From the NCBI GenBank assembly GCA_964016885.1, contig OZ024741.1, positions 245,148,001-245,212,000 of the forward strand: a DNA stretch of 64,000 bases, read 5' to 3'. Positions 1 through 10,956 of this stretch are shown piece by piece (the stretch's first letter is position 1; each line of letters begins with the position of its first letter). A program made the position numbers and the translations under genes. This DNA is from Eledone cirrhosa (lineage: Eukaryota). The notes beneath the pieces were generated by a model that ran no database searches, had not been told where the DNA came from, and was given only the letters and a program-made list of their open reading frames with translations.

Positions 1-226
1 AAAAATAAAATAAAATAAAATAAAATAAAATAAAATAAAATAAAATAAAATAAAATAAAATAAAAAAAATATAATAAAATAAAATAAAAAAAACTAAAAA
101 ATATAAATAAAATAAAATAAAATAAATAAAATAAAATAAAATAAAATAAAATAAATAAAAATAAAATAAAATAAAAAAAAATAAAAAAAATTAAATATAA
201 AAAATAAATAAAATAAAATAAAATAA
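1..226. repeat. (AAAAT)n pentanucleotide microsatellite, degenerate towards its 3' end; truncated by window start
   Basis: Direct reading. Its irregular 3' part (aaaaaaaatataataaaataaaataaaaaaaactaaaaa) recurs at ~6205-6371. Confidence 0.95.
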
Positions 227-688
227 GAACTCAATTAAAAACTCAGTAAAAACTCAATTAAAAACTCAATTAAAAACTCAATCGAAGCACCATTAAAACA
301 CCATTAAAAACTCCACTATAAACCCACTAAACCCATTAAAAACCAATTAAAAATTCAATTACACATCCCATTAGAAATTTCATTAAAAACTCAATTAAAA
401 GTTCCATTGAAAACACATTCAAAACCCATTAACCCCATATTAAAAGTTCATAAAACTCTATTAAAAACCCAATAACAAACCAATTAAAACGCCATTAAAA
501 CGCCACAAAACACAATAAAATGTCATAAAAACGCCATTAAAACATCACAAAAAGCCCAATTAAAAAACCATTAATAATGTCATTAAAAATTCCATAAAAA
601 TCCATTAAAAACTCCACTAAAAGCCCATTAAAAAGTTCATTAAAAGCCATATTATAAATTTCATAAAAAACAATTGAAAACCCCATTA
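227..688 (-). repeat. Degenerate ~10-12 bp satellite in reverse orientation (CCATTAAAA/CAATTAAAA on + strand)
   Basis: Recurrent ccattaaaa, caattaaaa and cataaaa motifs, the reverse complement of the TTTTAATGG-type motifs downstream. Confidence 0.9.
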
Positions 689-3600
689 TTTATGAGCCTT
701 TTTTTATGAGTTTTTAATAGTGTTTTAATTCAGTTTTTAATTGCGTTTAAAATTGGGTTTTAATGGCTTTTTAATGGTGTTTTAATGGGATTTTCGATGG
801 TGTTTAATGGGTTTTTTATGGAGTTTTTAATTGGGTTTTCAATGGTGTTGTTTATGAGTTTTTAAATGGGTTTTTAATGGAATTTTTGATTGCGTTTTTA
901 ATGAAATTTTTAATAGATTCAAGGATGTTTTAATGGAGTTTTTAATGGCGTTTTAATTGTGTTTTTATGGTGTTTAAATGCGTTTTAATGATTTTTAATT
1001 GGGTTTTTAATGGAGTATTTTTAATGAGCTCTTAATGGATTTTTCAATTGGATACTTAATGGGTTTTAATGGAATTTATAATAAGGGTTCTAATTGACTT
1101 TAAATATGATTTTTAATGGAGTTTTTAATGAAATTTCTAATGGTGTTTTTAATTGCGTTTCCCCCCGTGAGGGTTTTAATGGCATTTTAAATGACATTTT
1201 AATGAGTTTTTATGATGTTTTAATGGCGTTGTAATTGTTTTTTATTGGGTTTTTAATATAATTTTGTATGAGCTTTTAATGGGGGTTTTCAATGTTGTTT
1301 TTAATGGAGTGTTTAATGGAATTTTAATGGGGGTTTGATAAAAAAAATTAATTGCTTTTTAATTTAATTTTTAATGCGTTTTTGATGGTGTTTAAGTGCG
1401 TTCATGATGATCTTTTTAATGGATTTTTAATGGGGTTTTAATTGAATTTTTAATGGTGTTTTCAATGTAATTTTTAATGATAGTTTAATGGTGTTTTAAT
1501 GACGTTTTAATTGTGTTTTTTATGGTGTTTTAGTGACGTTTAAATAGGATTTTTAATTGGTTTTTTAATTGAGTATTTATATGAGTTTTCACTGGTGTTT
1601 TTAATGGGTTTTTCAATATTGCATTTAATGAAATTTTTAATATGGTTTCAAATGGAATTTTTAATGTGTTTTTAATTGGGTTTCTAGTGACGTTTTTAAT
1701 GGTACTTTAAATGACGTTTTAATGACTTTTATGGCGTTTTAATGGGTTTTTTAATTGGGTTTTTAATGTAGTTTTTTAAAAGATCTTTACTTGGGATTTT
1801 ATGGGTTTTCAATGCGGTTTTTAATGGTATATTAATGGAGTTTTTGGTGTGGTTGTTAATGGTATTAGTGACATTTTAATGTGTTTTTAATGGTGTTTTA
1901 AGCGAGTTTCTGATTTAGTTTAAATTTAAATATTTGATGGTCCTTCTAATGGGCTTTAATGGATGTGTAATGTGTTTAATGCAATTTTAATGGGGTTTAA
2001 TGGGGGTAGTAGGTTTCAATGGGTTTTAATGGAGTTTTAATGGCTAGTGCTCTTTTTTAAAGAGTTTTTAATGGTGTTTTTAATGGTTTTTCATTGAGCT
2101 TTTAATTGCGTTTTTAATCTAGTTTAAAAATTGAGTTTTAATGGGTTTTTCAATTAGGTTTTTAATGGATTTATAATGGTGTTTTTTACGGACCCTTTAA
2201 TTTTTTATAATGGGTTTTCAATGCCGTTTTAATGGTGTTTTTTAATGGTATCCTTAATGACGCTTCGATAAGTTTCAATGTTATTTTAATGGGGTTTTGA
2301 TTGATTTTTTAATGGAGTTTTTTTAATGAACTTTTATTGGGGTTTTCAATCAGGTTTTTAACTGAATTTTTAATGTTTTTCAATTAGATTTTTTATGGAG
2401 TTTTTATGGGCTTTTTAATGAGTTTTTAATGGTGTGCTAATTGAGTTTTCAATTACCTTTTTAATTGAGTATAAAATCGAGTTTTTACTAAGTTTTTAAT
2501 GAATTTTTAATGGAATTTTAATGGGGTTTCCAATGGACTTTTAATTGTGTTTTAATGGGGTTTTAAAATTGGTTTTTAGTTGCATTTTTCAGGGGCTTTT
2601 AATGGGGCTTAATGGGGGTTTAATGGGGGATTTAATTGAGTTTTTAATGGAGTTTAATAGAGTTTATAATGGAGGTTTTAATGGAGTTTTTAATGAAGTT
2701 TTAATGTAGTTTTTAATGAGGTTTTTAATGACGATTTTAATGGCGTTCTTAATGGCGTTTTAATGGTATTTTATGGCATTTTAATGACGGTTGTAATGGT
2801 TTTTAATGGAGTGTTAATTGGTTATTGATTGTATTTTAATGGGTTTTATGAGCTTTTTAATGGGCTTTTTAGTGGTGTTTTTAATGGAGTTTTTAATGGG
2901 TCTTTTAATGGAATTTGCAATGTAGTTTTTAATGGTGTTTTTAATTGTATTTTTAATGACGTTTTAATGGTGTTTTTTATGGCGTTTTAATAAGATTTTG
3001 AATTGGTTTTTTAAAGGACTATTATTATGGGTTTTTATGTAATTTTATAATGGGATTTTCAGTAGGGTTTTTAATTGGATTTTTAATGGAGTTTATAATA
3101 TGTTTTTTAATTGGATTTTTAAAGAATTTATAATTGCGGTTTTAATATAGTGTTTAATGGAGTATTTAATTGGTTTTTAATGGTAATTTTAATGGAGTGT
3201 TTAATGTGTTTTTAATGGGGGAGGAGGGGGGTAAAATGCAGTTTTTAATTGAGTTATCAATGGAGTTTTTAATGACATTTTTAATGACGTTTTAATAGCG
3301 TTTATGACGTTTTAATGACGTTTTAATGGTTTTTTTATTGGGTTTTGGAGTTTTTATGAGCTTCTAATTAGGTTTTAAATGGGGTTTTCAATGAGGTTTT
3401 TAATGGAATTTTTAATGGGCCTTTAATGTATTTTTAATGGGATTTTAATGTTTTTTATGGCGTTTTTAATGGTATTTTAAATGCTGTTTTAATGTTTCTT
3501 TTATGGCCTTTTAATTGGGTTTTTGATTGAGTTTTTAATGGATTTTTTTTAACGAGAATTATGAAGTTTAATGGGTTTCCAGTGTGTTTTAAATGAAGTT

Positions 3601-3921
3601 TTTGATAATATTTTTAATGGAATTTTAATGGCGGTTATGGGATTTTAATGGGTTCTGGTGGTATTTTTGTGGGTTTTAATGGGGTGTTAAATGGTTTTAG
3701 TGTTGTTTTACTTGCGCTTTCGATTACGTTTACAATTAAGTTTTTACTGTTTTTAATTGGATTTTTAATGGATTTTAATGTGGTTTTTAATGGAATTTTA
3801 ATGGTGTTTTAATATAGTTTTTAATGGGTTTCGGATGTAGCTTTTAATGGTGGTTTAGTGTGCTTTTTATTGGGTTTTTAATGAGTTTTTATGAGCTTTT
3901 CAATGGAGTTTTTAATGGTGT
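689..3921 (+). repeat. Degenerate ~10-12 bp satellite, consensus about TTTT(T)AAT(G/T)G-NN (copy 1 of the old satellite block)
   Basis: Continuous ttttaatgg/ttttaattg/ttttatgg/ttttaatga variants with high monomer divergence. The orientation switches at ccccatta|tttatgagcc (~688). Confidence 0.92.
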
Positions 3922-4057
3922 TTATATATATATATATATACATACATATATATGTATATATATATATTTACACATATATATGTGTATATATATATGTGTA
4001 TATATATATTTACACATATATATGTGTATACATATATTTACACATATATATGTGTAT

Positions 4058-4099
<42 letters not shown>

Positions 4100-4300
4100 T
4101 TAAATATATATATATATATATATATATTAAATATATATATATATATATATATATTAAATATATATATATATATATATATATTAAATATATATATATATAT
4201 ATATATATTAAATATATATATATATATATTAAATATATATATATATATATTAAATATATATATATATATATATTAAATATATATATATATATATATATAT

Positions 4301-4339
<39 letters not shown>
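3922..4339. repeat. Compound (TA)n microsatellite with embedded TACACATATATATGTGTA palindromes and periodic TTAAA interruptions
   Basis: TACACATATATATGTGTA at 3969, 4011 and 4039. About ten TTAAA interruptions between ~4057 and ~4304. Confidence 0.93.
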
Positions 4340-4341
<2 letters not shown>

Positions 4342-4537
4342 CACTTTCATGTTACACACTATATATAAACTGGGATTTATATTTTGCGTTAGTGCCATAT
4401 TAAGGTGACAACGATATATTCGTATCTTAAAAAATATTTTTTTTAGATCACATTGTTCTAGATATTAAAATTATTAAATCTATTTTCAATTTGCACGAAC
4501 ACTTGCATATACTACATACATACATTTATATAGACAC

Positions 4538-4931
4538 TAACACAAATATTAGCATATACATAATTTCTTAGTCATTGAGGATGTGTTTTTATACATACAT
4601 ATGCATATTGCATACATACATACATACACACATACAAGCATATACATAGACATACACACACACATATATACACACACTGTATATATATATATACATACAC
4701 ACACACACACATATATATATACACACACACACTATATATATATATAGTGTGTGGTGTATATATATATATGTGTGTGTGTGTATGTATATATATACAGTGT
4801 GTGTATATATATGTGTGTGTATGTGTATGTATATGCTTGTATGTGTGTATGTATGGATGCAATATGCATATGTATGTATAAAAAACACATCCTCAATTAC
4901 TAAGAAAATATGTATATGCTAATATTTGTGT

Positions 4932-4933
<2 letters not shown>
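4538..4933. repeat. ~396-bp imperfect, spacerless palindrome (fold-back inverted repeat)
   Basis: The left arm taacacaaatattagcatatacataatttcttagtcattgaggatgtgtttttatacatacatatgcatattgcat pairs with the right arm atgcaatatgcatatgtatgtataaaaaacacatcctcaattactaagaaaatatgtatatgctaatatttgtgtta. The centre is cactatatatatatatagtg at ~4739/4740. Confidence 0.93.
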
Positions 4934-4963
<30 letters not shown>

Positions 4964-5026
4964 CGCACACACTATATATATATATATATATACATACACA
5001 CTATATATATATATATACACACACAC

Positions 5027-5089
<63 letters not shown>
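4934..5089. repeat. (TA)n microsatellite with three ACACACT interruptions
   Basis: Direct reading. Confidence 0.9.
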
Positions 5090-5738
5090 AATCCCATTAA
5101 AAACCACATTAAAAATTCAATTAAAAATCTATTTTGAAAAACCCATTAAAAACCCCATTATAAGCTCATAAAACACTCCATTAAAACCCCAACCAAACCC
5201 CCCATTAAAACACAATTAAAACATCATTAAGAATGCCAATAAAAGCGCCATTAAAAACCACATTGGAAACCCATAAAAACCCAATTAAAACAAAATTAAA
5301 GTTTCCATTAAAAGTCCCCATTAAAACTCCATTAAAACACCCATTAACCCCCCCCCCCCTCGAAAAGACATTAAAACCTCAAATTTAAACCGAAATAAAA
5401 ACTCAATTAAAACGCAATTAAAAACTCAATTAAAACACCATTAAAAACACAATTAAAAGCCCATTAAACCAATTAAAATTGCATTAACACACCACTAAGG
5501 TTCCATTGGAAAACCATTAAAAATGTCATTAAAAACTACACTGAAAACCCATTAAACCCCCATTAAAAGCGCACCCAAAACTTTATAAAAAACCAAATAA
5601 AAACCCCATTAAAATACCATTAAAACGGCATAAAACACCATTAAAACTACATTAAAACTCAATTAAAAATTCCATTTAAATCTCCATTATAAACTCAATT
5701 AAAACTCCATTAAAACTCAATTAAAAACTCCATTAAAA
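5090..5738 (-). repeat. Degenerate TTTTAATGG-type satellite in reverse orientation
   Basis: Repeated ccattaaaa/caattaaaa motifs; contains a C-run at ~5348-5359. Confidence 0.9.
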
Positions 5739-5855
5739 ACACACACACATGAAGTTACATGCTGGCTTGCACACTTATAGCGATTGCTATTTCCTTTTAA
5801 TTTCATTAAAACTAGGATGTTTTAGAAAGATAAAAACAAAACTGAATAATGAAGA

Positions 5856-5982
5856 GACTAGGGAGGGGTAAAGAAAGGCAGATCAGGCTGTAGAGGACAG
5901 TAGGGGGAGAAGAGGGAAGTGACTTGGGAGGGGTAAAGAAAGGCAGATCTGGCTGTAGAGGACAGTAGGGGGAGAAGAGGGA
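5856..5982 (+). repeat. Purine/G-rich 65-bp-period direct duplication (2 copies)
   Basis: gactagggaggggtaaagaaaggcagatcaggctgtagaggacagtagggggagaagaggga (5856-5917) versus gacttgggaggggtaaagaaaggcagatctggctgtagaggacagtagggggagaagaggga (5921-5982); two substitutions. Confidence 0.95.
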
Positions 5983-5985
5983 GAA

Positions 5986-6033
5986 ATAAACTAAATTATA
6001 AACTAAGTTATAAACTAAATTATAAACTAAATT
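5986..6033 (+). repeat. 12-bp minisatellite ATAAACTAAATT x4
   Basis: Four tandem copies, one with an A>G change. Confidence 0.92.
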
Positions 6034-6041
6034 TAAAACTC

Positions 6042-6371
6042 AATAAAATAAAATAAAATAAAATAAAATAAAATAAAATAAAATAAAATAAAATAAAATA
6101 AAATAAAATAAAATAAAATAAAATAAAATAAAATAAAATAAAATAAAAAATAAAATAAAATAAAATAAAATAAAATAAAATAAAATAAAATAAAATAAAA
6201 TAAAATAAAAAAAATATAATAAAATAAAATAAAAAAAACTAAAAAATATAAATAAAATAAAATAAAATAAATAAAATAAAATAAAATAAAATAAAATAAA
6301 TAAAAATAAAATAAAATAAAAAAAAATAAAAAAAATTAAATATAAAAAATAAATAAAATAAAATAAAATAA
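6042..6371. repeat. (AAAAT)n microsatellite, second copy
   Basis: Same irregularities as 1-226 and followed by the same gaactcaattaaaaactcagt (227 vs 6372; offset 6145). Confidence 0.95.
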
Positions 6372-9300
6372 GAACTCAATTAAAAACTCAGTAAAAACTC
6401 AATTAAAAACTCAATTAAAAACTCAATCGAAGCACCATTAAAACACCATTAAAAACTCCACTATAAACCCACTAAACCCATTAAAAACCAATTAAAAATT
6501 CAATTACACATCCCATTAGAAATTTCATTAAAAACTCAATTAAAAGTTCCATTGAAAACACATTCAAAACCCATTAACCCCATATTAAAAGTTCATAAAA
6601 CTCTATTAAAAACCCAATAACAAACCAATTAAAACGCCATTAAAACGCCACAAAACACAATAAAATGTCATAAAAACGCCATTAAAACATCACAAAAAGC
6701 CCAATTAAAAAACCATTAATAATGTCATTAAAAATTCCATAAAAATCCATTAAAAACTCCACTAAAAGCCCATTAAAAAGTTCATTAAAAGCCATATTAT
6801 AAATTTCATAAAAAACAATTGAAAACCCCATTATTTATGAGCCTTTTTTTATGAGTTTTTAATAGTGTTTTAATTCAGTTTTTAATTGCGTTTAAAATTG
6901 GGTTTTAATGGCTTTTTAATGGTGTTTTAATGGGATTTTCGATGGTGTTTAATGGGTTTTTTATGGAGTTTTTAATTGGGTTTTCAATGGTGTTGTTTAT
7001 GAGTTTTTAAATGGGTTTTTAATGGAATTTTTGATTGCGTTTTTAATGAAATTTTTAATAGATTCAAGGATGTTTTAATGGAGTTTTTAATGGCGTTTTA
7101 ATTGTGTTTTTATGGTGTTTAAATGCGTTTTAATGATTTTTAATTGGGTTTTTAATGGAGTATTTTTAATGAGCTCTTAATGGATTTTTCAATTGGATAC
7201 TTAATGGGTTTTAATGGAATTTATAATAAGGGTTCTAATTGACTTTAAATATGATTTTTAATGGAGTTTTTAATGAAATTTCTAATGGTGTTTTTAATTG
7301 CGTTTCCCCCCGTGAGGGTTTTAATGGCATTTTAAATGACATTTTAATGAGTTTTTATGATGTTTTAATGGCGTTGTAATTGTTTTTTATTGGGTTTTTA
7401 ATATAATTTTGTATGAGCTTTTAATGGGGGTTTTCAATGTTGTTTTTAATGGAGTGTTTAATGGAATTTTAATGGGGGTTTGATAAAAAAAATTAATTGC
7501 TTTTTAATTTAATTTTTAATGCGTTTTTGATGGTGTTTAAGTGCGTTCATGATGATCTTTTTAATGGATTTTTAATGGGGTTTTAATTGAATTTTTAATG
7601 GTGTTTTCAATGTAATTTTTAATGATAGTTTAATGGTGTTTTAATGACGTTTTAATTGTGTTTTTTATGGTGTTTTAGTGACGTTTAAATATGATTTTTA
7701 ATTGGTTTTTTAATTGAGTATTTATATGAGTTTTCACTGGTGTTTTTAATGGGTTTTTCAATATTGCATTTAATGAAATTTTTAATATGGTTTCAAATGG
7801 AATTTTTAATGTGTTTTTAATTGGGTTTCTAGTGACGTTTTTAATGGTACTTTAAATGACGTTTTAATGACTTTTATGGCGTTTTAATGGGTTTTTTAAT
7901 TGGGTTTTTAATGTAGTTTTTTAAAAGATCTTTACTTGGGATTTTATGGGTTTTCAATGCGGTTTTTAATGGTATATTAATGGAGTTTTTGGTGTGGTTG
8001 TTAATGGTATTAGTGACATTTTAATGTGTTTTTAATGGTGTTTTAAGCGAGTTTCTGATTTAGTTTAAATTTAAATATTTGATGGTCCTTCTAATGGGCT
8101 TTAATGGATGTGTAATGTGTTTAATGCAATTTTAATGGGGTTTAATGGGGGTAGTAGGTTTCAATGGGTTTTAATGGAGTTTTAATGGCTAGTGCTCTTT
8201 TTTTAGAGTTTTTAATGGTTTTTCATTGAGCTTTTAATTGCGTTTTTAATTGCGTTTTTAATTTAGTTTAAAAATTGAGTTTTAATGGGTTTTTCAATTA
8301 GGTTTTTAATGGATTTATAATGGTGTTTTTTACGGACCCTTTAATTTTTTATAATGGGTTTTCAATGCCGTTTTAATGGTGTTTTTTAATGGTATCCTTA
8401 ATGACGCTTCGATAAGTTTCAATGTTATTTTAATGGGGTTTTGATTGATTTTTTAATGGAGTTTTTTTAATGAACTTTTATTGGGGTTTTCAATCAGGTT
8501 TTTAACTGAATTTTTAATGTTTTTCAATTAGATTTTTTATGGAGTTTTTATGGGCTTTTTAATGAGTTTTTAATGGTGTGCTAATTGAGTTTTCAATTAC
8601 CTTTTTAATTGAGTATAAAATCGAGTTTTTACTAAGTTTTTAATGAATTTTTAATGGAATTTTAATGGGGTTTCCAATGGACTTTTAATTGTGTTTTAAT
8701 GGGGTTTTAAAATTGGTTTTTAGTTGCATTTTTCAGGGGCTTTTAATGGGGCTTAATGGGGGTTTAATGGGGGATTTAATTGAGTTTTTAATGGAGTTTA
8801 ATAGAGTTTATAATGTAGGTTTTAATGGAGTTTTTAATGAAGTTTTAATGTAGTTTTTAATGAGGTTTTTAATGACGATTTTAATGGCGTTCTTAATGGC
8901 GTTTTAATGGTATTTTATGGCATTTTAATGACGGTTGTAATGGTTTTTAATGGAGTGTTAATTGGTTATTGATTGTATTTTAATGGGTTTTATGAGCTTT
9001 TTAATGGGCTTTTTAGTGGTGTTTTTAATGGAGTTTTTAATGGGTCTTTTAATGGAATTTGCAATGTAGTTTTTAATGGTGTTTTTAATTGTATTTTTAA
9101 TGACGTTTTAATGGTGTTTTTTATGGCGTTTTAATAGGATTTTTAATTGGTTTTTTAAAGGACTATTATTATGGGTTTTTATGTAATTTTATAATGGGAT
9201 TTTCAGTAGGGTTTTTAATTGGATTTTTAATGGAGTTTATAATGTTTTTTAATTGGATTTTTAAAGAATTTATAATTGCGGTTTTAATATAGTGTTTAAT

Positions 9301-9700
9301 GGAGTATTTAATTGGTTTTTAATGGTAATTTTAATGGAGTGTTTAATGTGTTTTTAATGGGGGAGGAGGGGGGTAAAATGCAGTTTTTAATTGAGTTATC
9401 AATGGAGTTTTTAATGACATTTTTAATGACGTTTTAATAGCGTTTTATGACGTTTTAATGACGTTTTAATGGTTTTTTTATTGGGTTTTGGGAGTTTTTA
9501 TGAGCTTCTAATTAGGTTTTAAATGGGGTTTTCAATGAGGTTTTTAGTGGAATTTTTAATGGGCCTTTAATGTATTTTTAATGGGATGATTTTAATGTTT
9601 TTTATGGCGTTTTTAATGGTATTTTAAATGCTGTTTTAATGTTTCTTTTATGGCCTTTTAATTGGGTTTTTGATTGAGTTTTTAATGGATTTTTTTAACG
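6372..9700. repeat. Copy 2 of the degenerate satellite block (near-identical to 227-3554), truncated at ...TTTTAACG
   Basis: Distinctive markers recur in order (gattcaaggatg, tttccccccgtgaggg, gacgcttcgataag, gggggaggaggggggtaaaatgc). It departs from copy 1 after aacg. Confidence 0.93.
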
Positions 9701-10956
9701 GATTTTTTTTAATGGATTTTTTTTAATGGATTTTTTTTAATGGATTTTTTTTAATGGATTTTTTAAATGGATTTTTTCAATGGATTTTTTTAATGGATTT
9801 TTTTAAATGGATTTTTAATGGATTTTTAATGGATTTTTAATGGATTTTTAATGGCTTTTTAATGGATTTTAATGGATTTTTTAATGGGTTTTTTTAAATG
9901 GATTTTTTAATGGATTTTTAATGGATTTTTTAAATGCTGTTTTAATGTTTCTTTTATGGGTTTTTGATTGAGTTTTTTTTTAATGGATTTTTTTAATGGA
10001 TTTTTTATGGCGTTTTTAATGGGCCTTTAATGTATTTTTAATGGGATTTTAATGATTTTTTATGGCGTTTTTAATGGTATTTTAAATGCTGTTTTAATGT
10101 TTCTTTTATGGCCTTTTAATTGGGTTTTTGATTGAGTTTTTAATGGATTTTTTTTAACGGATTTTTTTTTAATGGATTTTTTTTAATGGATTTTTTTTAT
10201 GGATTTTTTTTAATGGATTTTTTTTAATGGATTTTTTAAATGGATTTTTTAATGGATTTTTTTTTAATGGATTTTTAATGGATTTTTAATGGATTTTTAA
10301 TGGATTTTTAATGGATTTTTTAATGGATTTTTTTAAATGGATTTTTTTAATGGATTTTTAATGGATTTTTTAAATGCTGTTTTAATGTTTCTTTTATGGG
10401 TTTTTGATTGAGTTTTTCTAATGGATTTTTTTTAATGGATTTTTTAAATGGATTTTTTTAATGGATTTTTTTAATGGATTTTTTTAAATGGATTTTTTAA
10501 TGGATTTTTAATGGATTTTTAATGGATTTTTAATGGATATTTAATGGATTTTAAATGGATTTTTAATGGATTTTTTAATGGATTTTTTTTAATGGATTTT
10601 TTTAATGGATTTTTAATGGATTTTTTAAATGATGTTTTAATGTTTCTTTTATGGGTTTTTGATTGAGTTTTTTTTAATGGATTTTTTTTAATGGATTTTT
10701 TATGGCGTTTTTAATGGGCCTTTAATGTATTTTTAATGGGATTTTAATGATTTTTTATGGCGTTTTTAATGGTATTTTAAATGCTGTTTTAATGTTTCTT
10801 TTATGGCCTTTTAATTGGGTTTTTGATTGAGTTTTTAATGGATTTTTTTTAACGGATTTTTTTTTAATGGATTTCTTTTAATGGATTTTTTTTAATGGAT
10901 TTTTTTTAATGGATTTTTTTTAATGGATTTTTTAAATGGATTTTTTTAATGGATTT
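9701..10956 (+). repeat. Transition zone: (AATGGA-Tn) monomers interleaved with duplicated fragments of the cassette 3' end
   Basis: The gggcctttaatgtatt...taacgg fragment occurs at ~10021-10160 and ~10716-10855. The aaatg(c/a)tgttttaatgtttcttttatgggtttttgattgag fragment occurs at ~9932, ~10372 and ~10627. Confidence 0.85.

Noticed and set aside
689-3921. CRISPR-like repeat/spacer array
   Set aside because: The conserved core is under 10 bp with 2-4 bp variable parts; there are no spacers of CRISPR length and no cas genes.
3860-4368. Three overlapping + strand ORFs (66, 70 and 138 aa)
   Set aside because: Their I/Y/H/T-rich translations come from (TA)n/(CA)n microsatellite, which lacks stop codons by composition; there is no protein-like sequence.
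4340-4537. Short unique segment with TATA-like (tatataaa) and splice-acceptor-like (tttttttag) motifs
   Set aside because: Such motifs are expected by chance in very AT-rich DNA, and there is no associated ORF or exon evidence.
4572-5137. ORFs of 96, 99 and 75 aa
   Set aside because: They are translations of the palindromic TA/CA/TG microsatellite.
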